Positions 30,435 through 39,849 of a stretch of DNA of 64,000 nt are shown piece by piece; within the stretch, counting starts at the first letter, position 1; every line of letters begins with the position of its first letter. The notes beneath the pieces were generated by a model. That model searched no databases. It was not told the origin of the DNA and saw nothing but the letters and a program-made list of their open reading frames with translations. Position numbers and translations under genes: made by a program. This stretch comes from Thermodesulfobacteriota bacterium (GTDB lineage: Bacteria; Desulfobacterota; Binatia; Bin18): positions 4,512,001-4,576,000 of the forward strand of contig OZ219926.1 of NCBI GenBank assembly GCA_964291405.2, read 5' to 3'.

Positions 30435-30962
30435 ATGGCTTTACCGCAAGAGATTCGCCCGATTAACAGCGAATTGATGGATGCAATCACACAGTCGTCG
30501 GATGCGGATTGGATTCCCAACCCGGATGACCCCGAACGCGCCTTTATGAGGGTGCTCTGGACCGGAGAAGAGAGCGGCCGCTGGATGGTACATTTCCGTT
30601 GGCTGAAGGGCTACGTGGCCCCCCCGCATAAACATCTGAGTGCGGCGCATACCTATATTCTTTCGGGCAAACTCAAAGTCCGGGGTGGTACATTTAACGC
30701 CGGCGATTATGTGCATGAGGCTAACGGCATGGTCCACGGAGCCACCACCGCGTTGGAAGACACGGAATATCTATTCATGTGTGACGGCCCGGTCATCTTC
30801 TTTGGCAAAGACGAGTTCACCGGCTATCTCGGCTGGGAAGAGATCCGGCGTATGCAGCAGGCCCATGAAGCGTCCAAAAAGAAGGCTGCGGCACGGAAAA
30901 GAGCATCCTCGAAAAAACGAGTGACAGCCAGAAAGCGAACCACCAAGAAGAAAGCGGCCTAG
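30435..30962 (+). CDS. Cupin, 2,4'-dihydroxyacetophenone dioxygenase-like, with a Lys/Arg-rich tail
   Basis: PPHKH...H, GDYVHEANG..H; C-terminal KKKAAARKRASSKKRVTARKRTTKKKAA. Confidence 0.75.
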   Translation: MALPQEIRPINSELMDAITQSSDADWIPNPDDPERAFMRVLWTGEESGRWMVHFRWLKGYVAPPHKHLSAAHTYILSGKLKVRGGTFNAGDYVHEANGMVHGATTALEDTEYLFMCDGPVIFFGKDEFTGYLGWEEIRRMQQAHEASKKKAAARKRASSKKRVTARKRTTKKKAA

Positions 30963-30994
30963 GCGGCCGTGCTGTTGAACAGCGAGCCAGTCAC

Positions 30995-31033
30995 CAGCGC
31001 CCGGAGTTCTGACGGACTCCGGGCGTTGTCTTT
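30995..31033 (+). terminator. Putative intrinsic terminator
   Basis: CAGCGCCCGGAGT..ACTCCGGGCGTTG hairpin followed by TCTTT. Confidence 0.55.
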
Positions 31034-31098
31034 GGGGCGGCAGAGCGCTCACCGCACGCGCTCTACCTCCTAGCTCATCTCTCGGATACATTCGACAT

Positions 31099-31806
31099 AT
31101 GGCAGAAAACAAAACGCCGTCCCCCGCGCTCCCTGCCGCCACCGTCATCGTGCTCCGGGATGCGGAGAGTCTGCCAAAAGGTATCGAGGCTCTGTTATTA
31201 CGTCGGAACGCGAAAACGGCCTTTCATGGTGGGGCCTGGGTGTTTCCTGGCGGACATATCGATCCCGAAGATCACAATCCAGATGCGCCGGACGATATGC
31301 TGGCTGCCGCCCGGCAGGCCGCGGTCCGCGAGGCTCAGGAAGAAGCCGGCCTCAACCTCTCGACAGCGGACTTGCGCTATTTTTCGCACTGGACCGCACC
31401 GCTGGTTCGTCCGAAACGTTTTTCAACCTGGTTCTTTGTTGTCCAAGCCGGTGATGAGAACGTCCAGGTCGATGGTACGGAAATCAGCGCCCATGCCTGG
31501 ATGCGCCCGCACGAGGCGCTGGCGGCGCGGCAGGCCGGTGAGCTTGAGCTGCCGCCGCCAACGTTTGTCTCGCTGACGAAACTCTCCGCTTTCGAGACCG
31601 TCCAGGACGTGCTTGCGTATGTACGCGGACGCGAGCCGGACATCTTTTTTCCCAAGCTAGAGAAAGTCGAGGGCGGCTATTGTTCGTTGTACCATGGCGA
31701 TGCCGGATACGAATCCTCGAATGTCGATGGGCCGGGAAGGCGGCACCGGTTATGGATGCTCAAAAGCGGCTGGCACTATGAGATCGCGCAGGAGTGTGTC
31801 AATTGA
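31099..31806 (+). CDS. NUDIX hydrolase
   Basis: WVFPGG.ID, AAVREAQEEAGL Nudix box, HWTAP...KRFSTWFF. Confidence 0.9.
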   Translation: MAENKTPSPALPAATVIVLRDAESLPKGIEALLLRRNAKTAFHGGAWVFPGGHIDPEDHNPDAPDDMLAAARQAAVREAQEEAGLNLSTADLRYFSHWTAPLVRPKRFSTWFFVVQAGDENVQVDGTEISAHAWMRPHEALAARQAGELELPPPTFVSLTKLSAFETVQDVLAYVRGREPDIFFPKLEKVEGGYCSLYHGDAGYESSNVDGPGRRHRLWMLKSGWHYEIAQECVN

Positions 31807-31837
31807 GAGCGGTTTCATTTTTCAGGAGGAGATGAGC

Positions 31838-32716
31838 ATGGCTGTATCGTTCTCAAAAATTACGGATGTCTTTGGGGCGGAAGTTGATGGGGTGGACATC
31901 GCGGCTGGTGTCAGCGAAACGGCCATGCGTGATATCGTCGATTTATTTAACGAGTACTCCATCCTGATTTTCCACGACCAGAAAATAAACGACGAGCAGC
32001 AGATTCGTTTCAGCCGCCTCTTTTCCGAGATCGGTTATTTTGGCGGACTGGAGAAAACCGTGGTGCAGAATGCCGGCGGTGGAACTGAGATAGCTGACCT
32101 CTCAAATGTTGAGCCCAACACCAAGGCCATTATCCCGCCAACAGACAAGCGTATGGTCTTTAACTCCGGCAACGAGATGTGGCACACCGACAGCTCGTTC
32201 AAGCGTGTTCCGGCAACCGCCTCTCTGCTGTCCGGCCGCGAAGTCCCACCGACTGGAGGAGAGACCGAGTTTGCGACCGAGCGAGCCGCCTACGCCGACC
32301 TGTCCGCAGCCCTGCGCAAGCGGATCGATCCACTGGTCGCTATCCACGATTTTGCGTATAACCGCAGCCTGATTGATCCGAAGCTGATGACCGAGGAACA
32401 GAAGCGGGAGACCCCGCCAGTACCGCAGGCGGTAGTCCGGGCCAACCCGGCCAACGGTCGCAAGAATTTCTATGCCGGGGCCCACGCCTCACATATACGC
32501 GGGATGCCGTTCGAAGAAGGCCGGGCGCTGCTCCGGGAACTGAATGCTATCGCCACTCAGCCCAAATACACCCTTTGTCACTCTTGGCGCGATAATGATC
32601 TCGTGATCTGGGACAACCGTTGCTGCCTCCATCGGGGCCGCCCCTGGGATAAAGCCCGCCATCGCCGGATTATGTATCGCACGACGGTCGCGGGGGTCGG
32701 GCCGACCGCGGAGTAG
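31838..32716 (+). CDS. TauD/TfdA family Fe(II)/2-oxoglutarate dioxygenase
   Basis: WHTDSSF, GGETEFA, DLVIWDNRCCLHR; AGGAGG RBS. Confidence 0.93.
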   Translation: MAVSFSKITDVFGAEVDGVDIAAGVSETAMRDIVDLFNEYSILIFHDQKINDEQQIRFSRLFSEIGYFGGLEKTVVQNAGGGTEIADLSNVEPNTKAIIPPTDKRMVFNSGNEMWHTDSSFKRVPATASLLSGREVPPTGGETEFATERAAYADLSAALRKRIDPLVAIHDFAYNRSLIDPKLMTEEQKRETPPVPQAVVRANPANGRKNFYAGAHASHIRGMPFEEGRALLRELNAIATQPKYTLCHSWRDNDLVIWDNRCCLHRGRPWDKARHRRIMYRTTVAGVGPTAE

Positions 32717-32837
32717 GAAGCGGTTATAATACCATCTCTTCCTTGAGAGGGGCAGTTGAAATCCAGAGAGGCTGTCTGACATCAGCCTATACTGCCGAGT
32801 CTGCTGACAGCTCCCCTGACCCGAGACTTGCTTCTAA

Positions 32838-32856
32838 TGCTATCATTTTGATATCA
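32838..32856. promoter_or_regulatory. TA operator-like inverted repeat
   Basis: TGCTATCA-ttt-TGATATCA upstream of the RHH antitoxin gene. Confidence 0.55.
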
Positions 32857-32885
32857 ATACGGATAAAATCTGGAGGCTGTGAGTC

Positions 32886-33122
32886 ATGGCTCAGGTACTT
32901 GTGCGAAACTTGGACGAAAAAACTGTTACTCAACTGAAGAAGCGAGCTGCGGAGAACGGACGCTCCCTCCAGGCTGAGTTGAAGTTGTTGCTTGAGCAAG
33001 CGATACGGCCTGATGGGATGGATACGTGGCAGAGAGTGAAGCAGTTTCGAGCAAAAATGAAAAAGTCGCGGCGAACTTTTACCGATAGTGCGCTGCTTAT
33101 CCGCGAGGACCGTAAACGGTGA
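32886..33122 (+). CDS. FitA-like ribbon-helix-helix antitoxin
   Basis: MAQVLVRNLDE....LKKRAAENGRSLQAEL; overlaps the PIN gene. Confidence 0.88.
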   Translation: MAQVLVRNLDEKTVTQLKKRAAENGRSLQAELKLLLEQAIRPDGMDTWQRVKQFRAKMKKSRRTFTDSALLIREDRKR

Positions 33123-33544
33123 GTACCTATGTTGTTGATACCAGCGTTGCCGTTAAATGGTTCTTACCAGAAGTCCACAGTGAGGCAGCCCTACGGCTCC
33201 ATGCCCCAACTCATCGCCTGCACCTCCCCGCATTCTCGATCGTGGAGTTCGGAAATGTCCTGTGCAAAAAGGTTAGACGCAACGAGGTGACGATTGCGGA
33301 AAGCGAATCCATCTTCGCCTTGTTTCAACGGCTTTCCCTGACCATTCATCCGGATGAAGAATCTTTATCACTCGCCTTTGATCTGGCTCACCTGACCCAG
33401 CGAAGTCTGTACGACTGCCTGTATTTGGCGCTCGCTATCGGACTGACAGGAGAAATGGTCACTGCGGACAGGAAATTCTTCAATGCACTGAAGGATAGTG
33501 AATTTAGCCCCCATCTCTGTTGGGTGGAAAGTACACCGGAGTGA
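33119..33544 (+). CDS. vapC: VapC/PIN-domain toxin
   Basis: VVDTSVAVKW, E.GNVL, YDCLYLALA, VTADRKF. Confidence 0.92.
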   Translation: MSTYVVDTSVAVKWFLPEVHSEAALRLHAPTHRLHLPAFSIVEFGNVLCKKVRRNEVTIAESESIFALFQRLSLTIHPDEESLSLAFDLAHLTQRSLYDCLYLALAIGLTGEMVTADRKFFNALKDSEFSPHLCWVESTPE

Positions 33545-33612
33545 AGGTCAGGTAAGCGATGAGGAATAGCTTGCAGTGAAACATGCGTCCATCCAATGCC
33601 GACCGGAGAGAT

Positions 33613-34872
33613 TCATGCAGCGTTCTTCTCTGCCAACTCCCTCACCTTCTCTTCCTCCATCAAAACCCCGGCCTCGGTGAGCCGGGCAATCTCGGCTGCG
33701 GAATAGCCCAGATGGGTGCCGAGAATCGCCGCATTATGCTGGCCGACGAGCGGTGCCGGACCCTGCACTTCGCGCGGAGTTTCGGAAAAGACGAAGGGCG
33801 CATTGGTAATTTCCATCCGACCAAACACGGGATGCTCGACTTCGGCGATCATCCCGCGGGCTCGGATATGCGGATGATGAAATGCCTGGCCAACATCAAG
33901 AATAGGCGCGCAGGGAATGCGGGCTTCTGCGAGCGCGCTCAGGGCCGCGTCATTGCTCGGGAAGGACTGGAGCCAGGCTTCAATCATGGTGACGAGTTCG
34001 TCCCGGTTTTCGAGCCGCTGCTCATTGGTCCCGAACTTCGGATCAGTCACTAGGTCTTCGCGACCCATGGCTTTTGCCAGTTGGGGAAATTGATGCTCAA
34101 CCGCCTGGAGCACGATATAGCCCTCTTTGCCTTGGAAGACGCCCAGGGGAGCTATCCCAAAGTGATGCGTACCAAAGCGCTTCGGATTCTGTTCACCACG
34201 GGTGAGGGCGTACAGGGGAACGTTGATCATATCCATGAAGAAGAGCGAATCGACCTGGGAGATATCGATCAACTGACCTTTGCCGCTGCGGTCCCGGTAG
34301 AAGAGCGCCGCGCACACCGCCAGGGCCGCGTGCACGCCGGTGTTGGTGTCTCCAATATAATTGCCGACGTACTGGGGCGGGCCGTCCGGATCGCCGGTCA
34401 TATGCATCACGCTACTCATGGCCTGTCCAATGATGTCGTAACTCGTGTTTTTCGATAACGGACCGGTCTGGCCAAAACCCGAACAGGAAGCCATGATGAT
34501 CTTGGGATTGATCCGGGCCACACTCTCATAGTCCAGTCCGAGGCGCGCCATGACTCCGGGCGCAAAGTTTTCAACCATCACGTCCACCTTGGCGATCAAT
34601 CCGGTGGCGATTTTCATGCCGTCCGGCTTCTTCAGATCGACGCACAGGCTTTTCTTGCCGGCACAGGTGTAGAGAAACATCGAACCCAGACCGCCCTCGA
34701 CCGGAAAAAGACTGCGGCCAAATTCTCCGTTCGGCGCTGGCTCAAGCTTAATGACCTCGGCCCCAAGATCGCTCAGAATCCGGGTACAGGTTGGCCCGGC
34801 CAAGGCGTGGGTAAAGTCGAGTACGGTGATCCCGCTGAGTAGCTTTGAACGGTCCGGATTGGACGCTGCCAT
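33613..34872 (-). CDS. CoA-transferase family III (CaiB/BaiF)
   Basis: VLDFT..LAGP, LGAEVIKLE, ENFAPG, GFGQTGP, YD.IGQA. Confidence 0.94.
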   Translation of the reverse strand: MAASNPDRSKLLSGITVLDFTHALAGPTCTRILSDLGAEVIKLEPAPNGEFGRSLFPVEGGLGSMFLYTCAGKKSLCVDLKKPDGMKIATGLIAKVDVMVENFAPGVMARLGLDYESVARINPKIIMASCSGFGQTGPLSKNTSYDIIGQAMSSVMHMTGDPDGPPQYVGNYIGDTNTGVHAALAVCAALFYRDRSGKGQLIDISQVDSLFFMDMINVPLYALTRGEQNPKRFGTHHFGIAPLGVFQGKEGYIVLQAVEHQFPQLAKAMGREDLVTDPKFGTNEQRLENRDELVTMIEAWLQSFPSNDAALSALAEARIPCAPILDVGQAFHHPHIRARGMIAEVEHPVFGRMEITNAPFVFSETPREVQGPAPLVGQHNAAILGTHLGYSAAEIARLTEAGVLMEEEKVRELAEKNAA

Positions 34873-34999
34873 GTCAGTTCCCCCTTTGTTTATCTCGCCG
34901 TTGTCATCTCATCTGCTCATGAATGGACGGCCTTCGTGTTTCTCTATATATCTCGTGTGGATAACGTAAAAGTCAACGCAAAGAAGAAAGGACACACGG

Positions 35000-35911
35000 A
35001 TGCGTATTGGTATGATGATCGGCGAAGGGGCGGGTGAGTCGCCCAGTATGGATGAAGTGATTCGGCGGGCCCAGCGCGCGGAGGAAGTCGGGCTCGATAG
35101 CGGCTGGCTGGCACATATCTTTTCACACGATGCCATTAATCTGCTCGCCCTGGTCGGTCGGGAGACCTCCCGCATTGAACTCGGAACGGCGGTCGTGCCG
35201 ACCTATCCGCGCCACCCCGTGGTGATGGGCCAGGCCGCACTGACCACACAAGCGGCGTGTAAGGGCCGTTTTACGTTGGGCATCGGATTGTCTCATCAGA
35301 TGGTGATCGAGGGCATGTTCGGCCTGTCGTATACCCGTCATATGGCCCATATGCGCGATTATCTGAGTGTTTTGAAACCGGTATTGCGTGGCGAGGCAGT
35401 AAAATACCAAGGTGAAGAATACCGCGCCAACCTTGAGGTTGCGGTCCCAGGCGCCGATCCGGTTCCGCTCGTGCTGGCTGCGCTCGGACCCAAAATGCTT
35501 GACCTGTGTGGACGTGAGGCCCAAGGCACGGTGACTTGGATGGCCGGCCATAAGGCGCTCAAAGACCATGTCGTCCCGCGGATCACCGCAGCGGCCCAAG
35601 CGGCCGGTGCATCGGCACCGCGCGTCATTGCCGGGGTGCCGATGGCTGTTACCAATGATCGACAAGACGCCCTCGGAGTGGCTACAAAGGTCTTCGCCAT
35701 TTACGGCCAACTGCCCGCCTATCGGGACATGTTGGATCGAGGGGGAGCCCAGGCCCCGGTTGATATGATTCTGGCAGGTGACACCAGTGTCATCAAAGAT
35801 GAGGTCAAACGCCTGGAAGATATCGGCGTCACCGATCTCTGTGCCTTTGTCTTTCACGCCGATGACACGGCGTTTGAGCGAACTGTCGATTTCCTGGGCT
35901 CGCTGAACTGA
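35000..35911 (+). CDS. LLM-class F420-dependent oxidoreductase
   Basis: IELGTAVVPTYPRHP, GRFTLGIGLSH, AALGPKML. Confidence 0.88.
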   Translation: MRIGMMIGEGAGESPSMDEVIRRAQRAEEVGLDSGWLAHIFSHDAINLLALVGRETSRIELGTAVVPTYPRHPVVMGQAALTTQAACKGRFTLGIGLSHQMVIEGMFGLSYTRHMAHMRDYLSVLKPVLRGEAVKYQGEEYRANLEVAVPGADPVPLVLAALGPKMLDLCGREAQGTVTWMAGHKALKDHVVPRITAAAQAAGASAPRVIAGVPMAVTNDRQDALGVATKVFAIYGQLPAYRDMLDRGGAQAPVDMILAGDTSVIKDEVKRLEDIGVTDLCAFVFHADDTAFERTVDFLGSLN

Positions 35912-35931
35912 ATGGCTAGTGCGCATCTGCT

Positions 35932-37389
35932 ATGACCCTCAGCGTGAAAACCCTTGTCCGTAGTCTCCTGTGCCTGGTCGTGCTGGGTGCCGTATACACA
36001 GGAGCGTACGCCTTTTTGCTGGCCCGCCACGAGCGGGCCGTCCAGCACGCGGCCCTGCAAAAAGTCACGTTTTTCTCTCTGGTCGGAGCGGGGAATACGG
36101 GTGCGCTTGAAACCGGCATGCAGATGTTTGATAGGGTCCGCAGACTGGAGGTTCAGTCCGTCCCCCGTTTTGTTGACTTTCTGTGGCAGGCTCCCGAAAC
36201 CGCAATGCCGAACGCGCGCATTCTTGAGGACTGGGCCGGACGTTTCTTTTCTTCGTGTGAGGATGCCGTCTGTCAGGGCCTGTCTCTGCGTGGGCTCAAT
36301 CTCCGGGGGATGCGCCTGAGCGGAGCCCGTTTAGCCCAGGCCGATTTGAGCGGCAGCGATTTACAAGAGGCAGACCTCTCTGAGGCAGATTTGAGCGAAG
36401 CCGACCTGCGTGGGGCGAACCTGACCGGTGCCCGCCTGGTTGGCACGCGCCTGCGCTATACGAATTTTCTGGATGCTCGATTAACGCAGGCTGACCTGGA
36501 GAACGCGAACCTGTCAGATGCCGAGTTGCCGGGCGTGAATCTCGGCCACGTCAATCTGCAATGGACGAAGCTGAACCGTACCAATCTGACCGGGGCCAAT
36601 CTGACCGGCGCCAATCTGTACGGCGCTGACCTGCGCGGCGCAAAGCTCGAAGGAATCAAGCTGTCTGGAGCCGTTCTGGTAGGGGTCGATCTCATAGGCG
36701 CCGGCCTCATAGAGGCGGACTTGCAGAGAGCTGACCTCGAAGAGGCTGATTTGATCGAGGCCAAGCTGCGTGGCGCAAACCTGGCGGGAGCGAACCTGAA
36801 AGCGACGAACCTGCATAAGGCGCATCTGTTTCAAGCCAATCTGAACCAGGCAACGCTTGCTGGCGCGGACCTGTTTCAAACCAATCTGGTGGGCGCAAGC
36901 TTAGCCAATGCTGACCTGAGCGGAGCGGAATTAAGACAGACCGACTTCAGCGGAGCCAATCTGAAAGGGGCGAACCTGACAGGGGCCAATCTGGCCGGTG
37001 CCGAGTTGTCCGGCGCGGAAATCGACGGCCACACCCAAATGGACGAAAAATGGCGTCTGGTCTGGGATATCGTCAACGAGAAGGGGAAAGTCACTCACCT
37101 GGCCGGTGCCAACCTGCGTGGCGCGGCCCTGGCCGGCGTCACCTTGGAGGGCGCCGATCTGAACGGAGCCGACCTGAGTGGAGCCATCCTGCGTTATGCC
37201 ATCCTCACCGATGCCGATATGACCGACAGTTTGCTGCAACGGGCGGATTTGCACGAGGCCGACTTGGCCGGGGCGAATCTGGCCGGGGCCGATTTAAGTG
37301 AGGTGCAGGGACTGACCAGAGAACAGCTCGAATCGGCCAAAACGTATGAAGCCGCGCGGCTGCCCGACTATCTGAACGGGCGGAAGTAA
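35932..37389 (+). CDS. Membrane-anchored pentapeptide repeat protein
   Basis: N-terminal TM helix; long A(D/N)Lxx repeat array. Confidence 0.92.
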   Translation: MTLSVKTLVRSLLCLVVLGAVYTGAYAFLLARHERAVQHAALQKVTFFSLVGAGNTGALETGMQMFDRVRRLEVQSVPRFVDFLWQAPETAMPNARILEDWAGRFFSSCEDAVCQGLSLRGLNLRGMRLSGARLAQADLSGSDLQEADLSEADLSEADLRGANLTGARLVGTRLRYTNFLDARLTQADLENANLSDAELPGVNLGHVNLQWTKLNRTNLTGANLTGANLYGADLRGAKLEGIKLSGAVLVGVDLIGAGLIEADLQRADLEEADLIEAKLRGANLAGANLKATNLHKAHLFQANLNQATLAGADLFQTNLVGASLANADLSGAELRQTDFSGANLKGANLTGANLAGAELSGAEIDGHTQMDEKWRLVWDIVNEKGKVTHLAGANLRGAALAGVTLEGADLNGADLSGAILRYAILTDADMTDSLLQRADLHEADLAGANLAGADLSEVQGLTREQLESAKTYEAARLPDYLNGRK

Positions 37390-37440
37390 GTCGGCATGGA
37401 TTGAGCGTCCGTCAGGTCAGAACGCTCAGCCCGTCCCTGC

Positions 37441-38409
37441 TTACGCGAACTGCTTCAGAAATCCCAACAGCGCCTCGGTCACCTGCGTGGGGCGTTCCAT
37501 TTGCACCCAATGGCCGGCGCCCTCGATATACACCTTACCCCGTAAATCCGTCACAAAGTGATCCATCAGATCAACCCAGCCACCACCACCAAAAGACAGG
37601 ACCGGGTCCTTCTCCCCGGCAATAAAGAGCGCTGGCCTTTCGATCTTGGCGTTCTCCAACTGTGGGGTCAGCTCAAGGTTGCGATCAATATTGCGGTACC
37701 AATTGAGCGGGCCGCGAAAGCCGCTCTGCTCGTACTGAGCGACGTAATAATCGAGGTCCTCTTGGGTCAGCCAGGCCGGGCGCGTTTCCGGCTCGGGCAG
37801 GCCATCGAGGAATTTTGCGGTCGCGGGCTTCTGCATCAGCATGGCATTCGCCGGAGCATCGCCGGACGCGATATAATAGGTCAGGCGTAAGGTCTTCCGA
37901 ATATCAGCCTCAAACTCCGCTTCCGCCACCCCCGGTGTCTGGAAGTAGACGATATACCAGAAATTATCCCCAAAATTTTCCTGCCTGGTCATGGTCCCGG
38001 CCTGACCGCGCACATAGGGAACGCTCAGGCCGGCAACGGCTTTGACCCGCTCCGCGTGGAGCAGGGCCGTATGCCAGGCAACGGGTGCCCCCCAATCGTG
38101 GCCGACAACGAGGAATTGCTCATGGCCCAGGGCGGTTGCCAGGCCGGCGACATCATGGCTGAGGTCTACGATATTATAGGCGTCTATGGCTTCGGGTCGG
38201 TCGCTGCCCCCGTACCCACGCTGGTCCGGGACCGCAACCTGAAAGCCGGCTTCGACCAAGGGGTCGATTTGATGTCGCCACAAATACCAGCACTGCGGAA
38301 AGCCGTGGAGGAGAATGACGAGCGGTCCATCGCCCTCAACAACTGTTCGTAAACGAACGCCGTTGGTATCAATCATCTGAAAATTCCGGTTTTGCATGGA
38401 CGAGCTCAT
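37441..38409 (-). CDS. Epoxide hydrolase (alpha/beta hydrolase)
   Basis: HGFPQ.WY.WRHQ, GHDWGA, GPLNWYRN, GHWVQ.E; start trimmed to MSSSMQ. Confidence 0.9.
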   Translation of the reverse strand: MSSSMQNRNFQMIDTNGVRLRTVVEGDGPLVILLHGFPQCWYLWRHQIDPLVEAGFQVAVPDQRGYGGSDRPEAIDAYNIVDLSHDVAGLATALGHEQFLVVGHDWGAPVAWHTALLHAERVKAVAGLSVPYVRGQAGTMTRQENFGDNFWYIVYFQTPGVAEAEFEADIRKTLRLTYYIASGDAPANAMLMQKPATAKFLDGLPEPETRPAWLTQEDLDYYVAQYEQSGFRGPLNWYRNIDRNLELTPQLENAKIERPALFIAGEKDPVLSFGGGGWVDLMDHFVTDLRGKVYIEGAGHWVQMERPTQVTEALLGFLKQFA

Positions 38410-38454
38410 GAGAACTGCATCCCTCCAGGTCAGGCGTGTCGTATTGGGTTTCTT

Positions 38455-38485
38455 CACCCTCACCCCCAGGGCGGGGGTGAGGGTG
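38455..38485. terminator. Perfect 13-bp-stem intergenic hairpin
   Basis: CACCCTCACCCCC-AGGGC-GGGGGTGAGGGTG; no U-tract, so possibly REP-like or an mRNA-stabilising stem. Confidence 0.5.
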
Positions 38486-38492
38486 CCGCTAT

Positions 38493-39698
38493 CTACTTCG
38501 CGTTGGGCTGTCCTTGGGCTATATCGGCGATGGCCGGACGATAGCCGGTGTCTTTTTCGTAGCGCTCGATTTCCTTTGCCACGGCGTTCATGGCCCCACC
38601 AATCAGCGTGTCGTGGTCTGTTCGGCACCACTCTCTGGACGACACGGCTCGATCGGCGGAACTCTGGACGTGGGGGAAGACTTCTTTGGCCAACAGCTCA
38701 TAGGAGTTGAGGCAAGCCTGGCGCTCGGCCCAGTCATTGGCCATCAGCATATAGCAGCCAAAGCCACCGGACTGTTTGGTCAGCCGTTCGAGCTGAGCGA
38801 TCGCATCATCCGGCGTGCCGATGACCGCCGTTCCGGACTCAATCAGCGCTTGGGGCCATTTGCGCGGGTCCGACTCCTCCGGGGCGAGGGGCAGGGCCAC
38901 CACGTTCTGGAAGTAATCGACCCAGTCATAAATGCCGTACTCCACCTCTTTGAATGCCTGTTCGCGGGTGGGCGCAATATGCATCGGCCCGACCAAGCGC
39001 CAGGAGGACCGATCAACCGTATGACCGTATTCCTTGGCCTGGTCGTTCCAGACCTTCCAGTGATCGCCCAGAACGGCAAAACCACCCATGCTGGTCGCGC
39101 CCAGTGAGAGCAGGCCGGCACCATAGCGGCCCGCAGTCCGGGGACCGGCCGGGGAGACGGTTGCGGCGACCGCAATCTCAAAGTGCGGGTAGGTGTACGG
39201 CCGGAGCTGGAGGCGGGCGTCTTTCAGCGTGAACCAGTCGGTTTCCATATTGACCGGTTCGTCCGAGGTCAGAAGCTGTATGATTGCGCCCAGCGACTCT
39301 TCCATGCGTATGCGTTGCGTATCGGGTGCTATGCCCATCATATACGCGTCCGACGGCAGAGCGCCTGGGCCGACACCGAACATGGTCCGTCCGCGCGTCA
39401 TATGGTCGAGCTGAACAATACGATCGGCCAGGATCAAGGGATGGTGATAGGGCAGGGAGCTGACGCCGGTGCCTAAGCGAATATGGTTCGTCCGCTGGGC
39501 AGCCGCGGCAATAAACACCTCGGGCGAGGCAATGATCTCCAAACCGGCCGAATGGTGCTCACCGACCCAGGCTTCGTCATAGCCCAACTCGTCCAGGCGA
39601 ACGATGAGTTCCAGGTCACGCTCAAGGGCGAGGGTGGGATTTTGACCCGCGGGATGAAAGGGGGCCATAAAGATGCCAAACCGTAACGGGCGTTCCAT
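38493..39698 (-). CDS. LLM-class flavin monooxygenase (limonene 1,2-monooxygenase-like)
   Basis: FGIFMAPFH, EAWVGEHHS, GTGVSSLPYHHP, GVGPGALPSDA. Confidence 0.88.
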   Translation of the reverse strand: MERPLRFGIFMAPFHPAGQNPTLALERDLELIVRLDELGYDEAWVGEHHSAGLEIIASPEVFIAAAAQRTNHIRLGTGVSSLPYHHPLILADRIVQLDHMTRGRTMFGVGPGALPSDAYMMGIAPDTQRIRMEESLGAIIQLLTSDEPVNMETDWFTLKDARLQLRPYTYPHFEIAVAATVSPAGPRTAGRYGAGLLSLGATSMGGFAVLGDHWKVWNDQAKEYGHTVDRSSWRLVGPMHIAPTREQAFKEVEYGIYDWVDYFQNVVALPLAPEESDPRKWPQALIESGTAVIGTPDDAIAQLERLTKQSGGFGCYMLMANDWAERQACLNSYELLAKEVFPHVQSSADRAVSSREWCRTDHDTLIGGAMNAVAKEIERYEKDTGYRPAIADIAQGQPNAK

Positions 39699-39849
39699 AC
39701 TATCCTCCAGTTCCGGGTGTGACGGCCAGTCCTTCCTGGCCAGACTGGCGTTCTAGCCCGGTGATACAATACGAGACAATCGAACAACGTAAGCAAACCA
39801 TAGCGAACTCTCCGCTGGGGCTCAATGCGCGACTGGGCGTCTCAGTTTG

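Noticed and set aside
31805-31822. GAGCGGTTTCA resembling a MITE end (similar CCGCTCTAG at ~61812)
   Set aside because: No partner TIR or TA duplication identified
36300-37300. 15-bp periodic DNA repeats that could be mistaken for an array
   Set aside because: Fully explained by pentapeptide coding; no CRISPR repeat-spacer structure and no cas genes in the window
38410-38631. N-terminal extension of the epoxide hydrolase ORF
   Set aside because: Overlaps the upstream LLM gene and the intergenic hairpin; family similarity starts downstream
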